This document shows positions 14,301 through 26,013 of a DNA stretch of 64,000 bases, piece after piece (within the stretch, counting starts at the first letter, position 1; each line of letters opens with the position of its first letter). The DNA comes from Octopus vulgaris (lineage: Eukaryota), in the NCBI GenBank assembly GCA_951406725.2, contig OX597814.1, positions 186,434,001 through 186,498,000 on the forward strand. The letters run 5' to 3'. Under the pieces are notes generated by a model. It ran no database searches. It was not told where the DNA came from and saw only the letters and a program-made list of their open reading frames with translations. The position numbers were made by a program, and so were the translations under genes.

Positions 14301-15615
14301 AGAGGATCAGACAGAGTGGATGGGTTCATGAGAGTGTGAAAGGAGAGTGACAGGTGGTTAGAGATGGGGACAGAAGTGAAATCAGTGAATAGGGAACACA
14401 GTTGCTGGCATGGTCACTAATGAATAATGGTCAGGTGAAAGTGAAAGTAAGAGAAGTAATTCAAGGAAATGGAGATATGACACAGTATAAAAGAAAAGAG
14501 ATAGTGGAGAGCAACAATATAATAAAACCATGAAGTGTGGAGGGTGAGAAAGGAATGCACAGTGACAGAGACAGCAAACAGAGGTGAGGGAAAATAGCGA
14601 GTGACAGACAGCTTAAGATAGTGGAGGGTCTTTGAAAGCGGATATTTGACAGATATTTGTCCTCGTCTTGTTTGTTGTTAACACGTTTTGGCTGATATAT
14701 CTTCCAGCCTTCATCAGGTGTCTTGGGTAAATTTCGAACCTGAGTTTGATTCCAGGCAGTGATCTGAATAATAATAATATCAAAAAATACCTTAGAAATT
14801 AGAACCCAGGTGCAGTTTGTCATGCATGCACACTGACATTGCACATTCAGCAGAGCATGCTGGCCTCATTTCTTTTTAGTGTTCACATGTCTTCAGCAAT
14901 TACAGCCCACATTTCACTGCTGTTCAATGTGTCCCTGTCAAACCTTCCCCCACAACTCATCTTCTTAATACCCATCCTCTATCACTCTTCTTAATACAGC
15001 ACTACTCACTCAGATTCTGTAAATATCCTTTTCTCTGCTATCAGTTATCCCTCTCCTTGGAACAACTTCCGTTTGTCACCCATTTTGCTTTCTCATTTTC
15101 CCATTTTCCACTAAACACCACAAAGTCTACTTTCTCTGTTAACTTCACTGTGATTCCACTGCACCTCTTATGTGGCCATTGTTTTCACTGGGTGCACCAT
15201 AAGGAATTTCTACCTCTTCCTTTACAGCACACACACATTTAGAAATGGAAGTACTCAATACCATACTGTGTACCCAGTAAACTTTTTACTATGCAAAATA
15301 CATCTGGGCAAGAGAAAAACATATTTTCCATATTCAGTCAGTTGAATATGAAAAGCTGACTGGGGTACAAACCTTGCATCAGACAAGATAAGAACTCTAG
15401 TTATATTTCTCTTCATATAAGTTTTGATTAATTCGGGGAAAGTGAGAACTGGGCAAAAAAGAAACAACAATCCTTGCAATTCCTGGATAATAAAAAGCAC
15501 AAACTCACCTGCTGGTGATGTACATATGCATGCATGCAAGCACTCGCACATACATACACTCGCACGTGCACACACACAACACATTTAGATATCTAACAAA
15601 ACACAGATGTATATA

Positions 15616-15659
<44 letters not shown>

Positions 15660-17382
15660 TACAAGGTTGGCCAAAAGTCATCTGACAGTAAATCAAAACC
15701 ATTTAATTCCAAGATTTATTTACGTTTAACAACTAAATGAATTAAATAAAAGCATCTAAATATGAAACATCATGAAAATTGTTCAAACTGAAGTCCTTCT
15801 TGAGTGACACATTTTTCCATTCAAGTCAATACACAATTACAGATAGAATTTATGGGATTTTGATTTACTGTCAAAGTGACTTTTGACCAACCCTGTATTT
15901 AGTATTTATTTATCATCATCATCATTTAACATCCCTGTTCGATGTTGGCTTGGGTTGGGAAGATCCACTGGATCCAAAGACTTCATTCCAGTATTTGCTT
16001 TGGCTTGATCTCTACAGCTGGATGCCCTTCCTAATGCCAACCAGTTTCCAGCATATACTGGGTTGCTTTTTTTGTGCTACTAGTACTAGTGAGGTCATTG
16101 TGCAGCTTGCAAGATTATGAAACCTGAGGCAGGAGATGAGGGTAGCTTTATGCCAAGAGATGAGGTGTAAAAGTATGAGAGTAGGAGTGATGAGCAAGTC
16201 CTTATCGAGGATCTATGTGGCTGTTCACATTTAGAAGAGAGAATGAGATTGCCAGGTGACTCCACAAGGTATGAGGGGAATGGAGGTCAGTGGGGATAGA
16301 AGAACAAGGAGTGTGGGCTAGGATTTGCAAAGAGTGTATGGGAAGCAAGAGTTAGAGGTAGGCAGCAACTGTAAAGATTGGTTAGGGTTCAAGGGTGGAT
16401 ATAGAGAGTAATGTATAAGGGGTAGGAGATGACCAAGGGGTGTAGAAGAGAGATGGGGAAGTTGTAGGGTAGGATGAGTAAAGAAGATACAGTTGGCAGG
16501 GAGGAGCACGAGTGAGAGATAACATGTAATTGGGTAGGCTGCAGAAGTTGGGAGACAGGGGCCGGTGTAGTGCACGAAGAGAGATAGTTTAATGATTCAG
16601 TTAGGGAGAGGAGAGCAAATGATCAATGTGGTTCGTGGGCAACAGCTAACAAGTAAAAAACGGTTCCATGTAGCAAGAGAAAAAAAAAGAATGGTAGTGA
16701 GAGAGATCATGAGTGGGTGGTAGGGGTGGGAATATCAGGAGATTGGATAAGGTACCCATTTGTGTATATATGTACATGCAGTGCTTCCAAGTCACTTCTA
16801 CAGAGATGGATCTTCTCCAGGCCTTCATATCAGACATCCTGGTCCTTTGTCATCTGCTCCATAACCTTCAGGGATCTGAGGTCAGCCTTCATCATCATAT
16901 CATCCTGGGTCTTCTTCCACAAGTTCTAGCCTTATTGAGTGATTGACACTTCTTTCTACAGGTGTCCTCATCTATATGCATCACATGTCCATATGAGTGC
17001 AACCTTCTTTCTTGTGCACTATATCTGATTCTTCTTATGCCCAGTTTTTCTCTCAGCACATTTATACTACGTCATTCATGCACACCCAACATTCTTTCCA
17101 GTCTGCTCACATCCTCTGCATTCAAGGATCACATCTCTATCAGTTCCAATACATGCATCATACAATCTGCTCTTCAGTTTCTGGGAAAACACCTTTGTTG
17201 CCAACGACATATATATAGGTGTAGACGTGGGTGTGTGGTAAGAGGTTTGCTTCACAACCACAATGTTATGGTTTCAGTTCAAGTATGTGGGACCTTGGGC
17301 AAGTGTCTTCTACTATAGCTCCAGGCCAACCAAAGCCTTGTGAAATGATTTGGTGTACAGAAGTTGAAAGAAACCCATTGTG

Positions 17383-17429
<47 letters not shown>

Positions 17430-20400
17430 TCACACACACTCACACATGTAGGGTGAAAAGAAGAAAAAAAGCACCTTCTGAAGTAAGTAGTTTATAGGTG
17501 CAAAATTTCAAAGACAGTTCTTGCAATAGTTCATGTTTGATCATAGCTATGTTCTATATCAGTGCATTGTTCATTCTCTCTAATGCCTAGCAGTTAGTTT
17601 TTTTTTTTTTGTCTTGAGCTTTTGTAGCTGTTGACAAATATGAAAGAAAGTGAAAGAAGTATTTCTGGACTGTATCCAACCCTTAACAGTTGTACAAAAT
17701 TATTTGGTTGTGGTAATAGATGATATGACACTATGTTTCATTGTTGTTGTGTGTTTGTGTATATGAGTATTGAGATTTTGGCATCATTTAGGTTTACTTA
17801 TCCTCACTGTTCAAAAATCAAGCCCTTATCAGAAGCGAAATAGTATTTTCAACTTTTATACTCAGTTTTTGATAATTATACATTATGTGGCTATGTTTGG
17901 TGTGGTGCCATGAGACTTGGCAAAAAAAGACGATTCCATAACCATCACTCCGAAATGAGTATGACCAAGAAGTGTGTACCATGTTTTTGGTAATTGTATT
18001 AGTTAGTGATATAATAGGGTCAGTGATGGGTGCCAGTGAGGATGGTGGTGTTGGAGAGGTAAGGGCAAGTGTGGCAGTGTGGACAGGAGTAAGGGAACAA
18101 GCTGGGTTGGGAGGTTGGGTTAGGGAAGAAACTGTGGACCAGGAGATCACGTAGCTTGTGGGCTCATTTGAAGGAGGGGAGGGGTTGGAGAGGTAGAGTG
18201 GAGGAATGGTAGGTGAGGGGAGACGGGTGATGGTGGGGCAGTTGTGGGGGAAGAAAGCAGATGCATAGTCCATGGAATGTGCTCTGGCAAGGGCAGTATG
18301 GATAGTGGTGAGGGGATATCCACATAGGATGAAGTGGTAAGCCATGAGTTGAGACTGAGTCTCAAAGTCATGGTTGTCGCTGCAGAGCCTGCGCAGACAG
18401 AGGAATAGGGGATGGAGAACTTGATGTGTTTGGTGTTGGAGGAGGAGAAGTTGAGTGTGAGTCTGTGTTTTTAGTGGATGCTGGTGGTGAGAGTGGAGTG
18501 ATGAATGCTGACAGAAATGTCGAGAAAGGCGACAGAAGTGTTGGAAATAGTGCAGGAGAAGTGGAGGGCAGGATGGAAAGATTGGACAAAAGAGAGAGTC
18601 GTCAATATAACGATCATATAGTTCAGGAGTGGGACCAGTGAAACTTGAGAATATTTGGGCCTCAATGTAGCCAATGAACAGGTTCACATAGTTGGGGCCC
18701 ATTCTCGTTCCCATGGCCATATATATATAAATGTGTGTGTCTGTGTGTACACAGTATTTAAATATGAACTACTAATAGTTTCATACACACACACACAGAG
18801 GATTTAAATATTTAAATGTAAGCGACTATGTTTCATACTTCTGATAGTATGATAGTCAGATGAGCTAGTGTAGCATGTTGTGTATTATCAGTCATTCAGG
18901 CTCAAAATACAAATAGCTGCTCTCTGAGAAAATTCAAGAAAGAACAGGTGAAGAAAAGTAAATGAAAAGAAGGAACCAAGGAAAAACGTATGGAAGGAAG
19001 GAAGAAAAGACTTGTGTCTCTTTGATTTGTTACAATAGGAATTAGCATGGTTTGGTGTGATTGATTTAACAGGGAAAGGTTAATGTTTGTGAGACTCTCT
19101 GCTTAATCTGGAGAGAAGGGTGTTCTCCAATTTTATCATTGAAACTTATCCAGATGCTTGCATTTAGTGAACATTTTTGGATCCTATTACCAAGCCTGCA
19201 TTTCCTTGAGCAATCAGTGAATGGAATGCATCATTCTACAATGTCCCACTTGATGGTTTGTAGGGTATTGCTGGCATTCAGATGCCAGATATGGCTAGCT
19301 AACTTAGTGATTTCCTTATCTACATAACAGAAAGAAAACCTGTGGCTGGCATATATTTTTATAAAGTCACTTTCACATAGACCAATATACTTTTCCTTTT
19401 GTGTATTGTAATTTCATTCAACTTGGGTGACCTCAACTTCATTAACCACCAAGATAAACATACATGACTAGTTGAGTGGGCAAGTGCCTGTGTCTCTACA
19501 GTTACATTTTGGAGTAGGTGCCTGATGTGATTTATGTGTAATAATGTTTTTCATATTGAGGCGGCAGCTGTAAGAAACTGCCACTGAGTGTCTATTAAAA
19601 ATGTTCTTATACCTATAGCTATCCAGGAAATTCTTATCTTTCAAATTTACTCAGAAGAAACTTGCCATGCAGTGAGTCTGAACCTAAGACCATGTAATTG
19701 AGAAGCGAATTTCCTAACCACAAAGCCATGCCTTTGGCACATTTGAGTAATGAAGGATTGCTTTGGATTTTTTAATATCTGATCCATCTTTTCCTTTACA
19801 CCTGTACTGCTCGCCATCACTTTCCTGTCCTTCTGATCACTTCTCATTTAACATCCATCACTTCTCTTATCAATTAATATTACCTTCCTTTCATTGCCAT
19901 GCCACACACACATATACTTGTCTGTTTTACCAGCATTTACTTTATCTCTATCTCTCACCATTCACCACTTGCTGTCACTCTCTTACTAGCAAAACGATTA
20001 TATGCATAGATACACACATGCACATACAAACATATATACATCATGATGCTTGAGTATTGAGGGATTGTGTTTGATCTGATTACATCTGATGCACCCATTT
20101 CCCTCTCTCTCTCTTGCAAAATACAGCCATCATAAGCGTCTTTCCCCTCTCATGCCTGATTAAAGAGAGTTTGCATTTGATATTAAACACTGCCCCAACC
20201 TCACCCCAAGTGTCCACGGTCTCTTTAGTATTGCCATTTTGACTACCTATTAGTCATACCCTTTCATACTCATTAACATAATTTATTCTTCTGTATTGCT
20301 AGCTTCTGCTCCCTCTCTTTCAAGTTACTTATTATTGGCATCTATCAGTTACGCTTTTGTCACTAACGATTTCTATGACTACCAATCACTCACTATCTTT

Positions 20401-23400
20401 CATCACACCCTGTCAATACTGTTTCTTCCATTACTCCTTTTAGCACTATCTCCCACCTCATACTCTTGTTTTTACCATATTTCATCTTTGTTCTTTTTTC
20501 TCCTGTTAGTGACATTGCCTTCTGATAGTATGATAGTCAGATGAGCTAGTGTAGCATGTTGTGTATTATCAGTCATTCAGGCTCAAAATACAAATGGCTG
20601 CTCTCTGAGAAAATTCAAGAACGAACAGGTGAAGAAAAGTAAATGAAAAGAAGGAACCAAGCAAAAACTTATCTGCTCTGTTAGTGACATTGCCTTCTAC
20701 AAACAAAGGCAGTGTAGAGCAGTGAGAACCTCTTTTACATTGCAAGGCTGAAGGCATCTGCAACTTGTCCTGGTGTCATAAAAATGCTCCCTATTCACTT
20801 TGTAATATGATTGGTGATAGGTAGGGTATCCAGCTGTTGAAACTATGCCAAACTTAATTACATTTAAGTGAAACATGACTCCTTGACCAGTCCAAAAGGA
20901 CAAGAACTCCAAATAAGAAGTGACCATGATATTATTCATATATATCATCATCATCATCATTGTCATTGTTTATGTCACTTTTCTCTGCTTGCATGGCTCA
21001 GATGTCTCTTCTGTAGCTTAGCATTTCCACTTTTGGGGTCTTCCTTGAAATCAGCCTGACTTCTTGAGATGCCATTTTCAGTCTTATTGTTCTACAGATT
21101 CCCAAACTTGATAACTCAACATTTCTTTAGCAAATTAACCTTTTGCAAATGCATCGCATATTTGTAGCAGCTCAGTCTTCTTTCTCACACATTGTCTGAT
21201 TTCTCTCATATCCTGTTAATCTCTTGGTTCATTATGTTGTTCATATACACTAACATTACACAACCAGCAGAGTATCGTCACCTTATTTCTTTCCAGCCTT
21301 GTCACATCCTTTCACCCTCATGTTTTATTATACACTGCCGGTGGCACATGAAAGCACCCACTACACTCTCGGAGTGGTTGGCGTTAGGAAGGGCATTCAG
21401 CTGTAGAAACTCTGCCAGATCAAGATTGGAGCCTGGTGCAGCCAACTGGTTCGCCAGCCCTCAGTCACACGTCCAACACATGCTAGCATGGAAAGCGGAC
21501 ATTAAACGATGATGATGATGATGATGTCCTTAAGGACTTCACTGCCCTTTATTCAGCTCTTTTCACTTTTTCCACCTCATTCTTTCACAAAATCATCTTC
21601 TATTGCTAATTTTGTCATCTTCCTAAAGAAAAGCTATCAATTCCTTTTAATTTATTCTATGGATGCTCATAGTACTAATTCTGTTACATGGTAAGTGACA
21701 GTTATACAGATACACACACAGAGAAAAGACCTAAAGATTTTTTTTTTACACTATTATAATTTGTTATTTAATATATTTTCATTTTCCCTTTTTTTTTTTC
21801 AATCACTTTCCTCCAGCAAAACTAGAAGGCAATTTTTCCGATGAACTACCACCTTCAACAACACATTCACAGTCAATAGAAACTACCACTAGAAGTATAG
21901 ATATTCTTTTACCAAAAGATAAAACTCATGGAGGCAATGATCATGGTAAGTAAAATGTCTTCTGTGCTTTTTAATTCTTTTATTTATATTTTTTAAAAGA
22001 TACATATAAGCTTTTTTTTTAACATTTATGTCAGATTTCTTGCATCTGTGAGATGCTACATTGGGGTGGGCATAGATAAAAATTCATTCCTTAAATAGTA
22101 TATATTACTAACTTAAATGATATATATATATATATATATATATATATTGCATTATGATATGCCTTTCAGAGTTAAAATGGCTGACAACATTTTCTAATTA
22201 TTTCAAATGGGTACCTTTGTACTCTTATACAAACTGGCATAGTCATTCCCATGATAAAATCTAGAAACCATGGAAACTACTAGCCTGCAGCCAGAGCAGT
22301 AACACTTCCCTTCATTCATCAATGAAGGACAAGAGTTTGAAATGTTAGATTCTTTAATCCCTAGGCAATTAAATTTACTAGACTCTCCAAGTAACTGTCC
22401 AATTTCTTTCATTTATTTTTAAATATGTTTTGTTGTGAATTTTACTGAAGTTGAAATAAAAGTTACCTAATAGATTGTTGATTTTTGGGGGATTTTTTTT
22501 TTTGTTTTTAAATATGTAGGTTAGAGTATATTTGAAAGTGTTTACAGTTTTTGTGTGTTTGTGTGGAAGTGTACATTATTTTCACAAGATATGATCAGGC
22601 AATTCTGATGTTCACAATATAAATACCAATCCAATACTGGACTTGATTCGGTCAAGTATAGGCTTATCTCCCCAACCCTAAAAAAAAATGTATGTTATCT
22701 ATTGTATCAGTTACAAATCAACATTCTGTGAATAGCTGATATTAGTTAGAATCAACTTATTAGGTCAAAGTGATGCAGGTATGGCCATGTGGTCGTAAAG
22801 TCCACTATGCAATGGCACTAGGTTCAATCCCACTGCATGGTACCTTTGGCAAGCATCTCCTATCATAGCCTCAAATCAACCCAGTTCTTGGGTTGACAGT
22901 GCCTTCTTTCCTGACTATAAGATAAATTAAGGATAAATTTTATTAGTATTTAAATCTATACAATGGTTTCATGCAATCTCTAAATGGATAATCGTTATCC
23001 TCAGTGGCTAAGAAACAGCAGTAGAATAGTAAACATTCACTCAGATATCTACATGAAACCATTTATGGACTGAATCATGTGTATGGATATTTATTTACTG
23101 AGCTTGATTGGTATGGGGGGGGGGAATCATAAGTTTAATCTCCACAGTATTTATTTCTTTGCTACCCACAAGGAGCTAAACACAGAGAGGACAACAAGGA
23201 CAAACAAAAGGATTAAGTAGATTATATCGACCCCAGTGTGTAACTGGTACTTATTTAATCAACCCTGAAAGGATGAAAGGCAAAGTCGACCTCGGCGGAA
23301 TTTGAACTCAGAACGTAGTGGCAGATGAAATACCGCAAAGCATTTCGCCCGGCGTGCTAACGTTTCTGCCAGCTCGCTGCCTTCAATCTCCACAGTATTT

Positions 23401-25978
23401 GCCTGTATCCAAAGCACAGCAGTATTGAAATTATGACAGGCTTGTCTGATTGTGGACAGATGCTGTTAAGGTTCAGCTTGATGCTTTGTTTCAAGTGCAT
23501 GAGAGGCATTGACATGCCTACACCACCACTTCGATAGCTGTTATTTTTATTGCTATTGAGTGACCTTTAACTTTTCTCAAAGAGTGGAACTTGACTAGGT
23601 TGCAAGTTTAGCATCTGACAACTTGACCATATAGTACCACAGGTAAGAGGCTATCAAATACCCCTGGTGGCTTTATAGATTATGATCAATGTAGAAATTG
23701 GATGAAGGATGATTGAAGCCCTATCAAAGCAGCTTCAAGAGGAAATCCTTGTGCAGTGGGAAGCTGAAGTAAATTTAATCAGTAATAAATTTAACACACA
23801 AAGTTTATCTTCAACAAAAAAAATTAATGTATTAATTCCAGTTTAGTTAAAGATTGGAGAAAACTTTTTCCATAAGTTGGAATTCATTTTATTTTGCCTG
23901 TCAGCCCTTCTTCCAATAAAATTATAAAATATCAAATTATTTTTGTCATCTTTCATTGTAGAGGAGGGTATACAATTTTTTGATGTGGTACTGTTGTTTT
24001 ATTTTGTTTTATTGTTTTATTATTGTATCTGGGTTGATTCATTTATTACACCAAGATGAAATACAGATTTATTTCGTCTAAGTGATATATTATAGGCAGC
24101 CACAAAGACTTTTGTAAGTATAATATGTAAATTCATTTTTCTCTGATTTTGAAACACTCACACTCAAACATATACACACACATTTATTGATCTGGTTTTT
24201 CAAGAGAACTTAACAATTGACAGTTAACAGAATATGATCACAGCACATTTTTCTCTATCTCTTTAAAGAAAAAAAAAAAAAACTACAGCTTAAACATATT
24301 CACATTGTTGTTTTCTTTCTCCATAAGTTTTGAAAAATGTAATTTAAAGTTTGCTTTGCCTTATTTAGGAAATGTCTGCTATGTTCACGACTCTAGTCTC
24401 TGGATCTCCTTCACTGGATTAGATCTGTCTTGAGAACTGTCTTTATGGAACTTGTTCCAATCATCCCTTCTTGACGAATTGAATCAAGCAAAGAGGCTTT
24501 AGTTTGGGACTTTTCTTAAAAGACCAAATCTTTAAAAAAAAAAAAAAAAATGAATTGTTGTTTATATTTTTTTAAAGTCATTTACTTATCTATATTTTTT
24601 TCTTGTGCATGTTTTTCCTTCTAGAACGTTCTCGCAATGATCGTCAACATAAAGCTCCAAAGGCCATGGACGATAGCTATGTTGGAATTATAATTGGTGC
24701 TCTCGCTGCCCTCATAATTATTCTGTTCATTGTGGCTGTAATAATTGTGGTGCGGCATCGGCGATCCAAACATAACAACAACCAGCCTTGTCAGAAACCA
24801 GTCGTCCTTGGCGATAGGCATGTGACTATAAACCTTAGCGACCTCAGAGGTGGTTGCACCAATGGTAAGCTTTCCCATGGTAACATGTACAACAGTGTAG
24901 CAACAGATGATATGGACTCTGATCGAGAAATGTGTGCTGGCAGTGCAGATAAACTGTGTTCCAAAGGAAGTGGCAGCGGAAATTACCTGGAACCTAAAGA
25001 TAGCATTCAGGGGAGGAAACTACCTGATTTGCCTCCCACCCCTGATTCTTCAGGCAAGTATTTGGAAACCTCCTCCACTCCTACTTCCTGCTACTTATTT
25101 TGGGGTCTCTTAAACTTAAGTAGGTATAACATTTTATTATTAAAAGCATCAGGGAGCAAATAATCAATAAAGATTTCCAGTTTTTCAAATAAAAGCAAGC
25201 AAAAATTGAATTTAAAGATGAGATGATAGGCAATTATTAGAAAAGGAAAGTTGAGGATCTTGTTTTGAAAAAGCCATTAAGATATTAGTTTTCATTTATA
25301 AAATAATAAATTTGAGAATTTTCCTTTAGGAATTAATTTAAACAAATAAACTAAACTTAGATAAATTAGACTTGTATTCTTAGAGAACTCTGTGGAATCT
25401 GGATTAATATTTACCTTATTTTGTTGAAATACTATTTTTTAGTATTTTTAAGAAGCTAATTACTTAAGTTAAAAGCTTATTGCTATTCTATTTAATAGTT
25501 ATCATAGCATCAAATCTACTTAGAACCCTACTGTATGATTTCCAGCAAGGATTTGAATATTCTGTTTATTACTACTCAACACTTCATGAATTGGTTCTCA
25601 TTTTGCCTCAATTTATAGGCTTAGATCAAGGATTTAGGATTTTCAGACACACACACACACACACCCTTAAACATGTGCGTGCAAACACAGACACACAGAG
25701 TTTGAAATCAGCTTTTGCAAATAGATAATATTTATAAATTGAAGAGACTTTTCTGATAAAATACCTTCCCTTTCAATTGGATTTACTAAACTACATGCTA
25801 ATCCTATTGGAATGAATATATAAAAGAAACAATTTCCTAATCTCCAAACCTTATTTTCTCTGTGTAAAGATTAGTGAAAACAAATAAAATAAAATGGAAG
25901 TAGAAAATGATTCATTGTGAAATTGGTGATATTTCATTTGCTTATTGACTTTTATTGGTCAGAAGATGATCAATCAAT

Positions 25979-26013
<35 letters not shown>

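Noticed and set aside
17818-18720. 300-aa ORF as a functional gene
   Set aside because: Patchwork of PLE RT frames joined by frameshifts; the rest is low-complexity sequence.
25058-25063. GT donor 4 nt downstream of the GC site (AA|gtattt), and AG|gtataa at 25124
   Set aside because: Both are phase 2, incompatible with the phase-1 acceptor at 43790, and weak matches.
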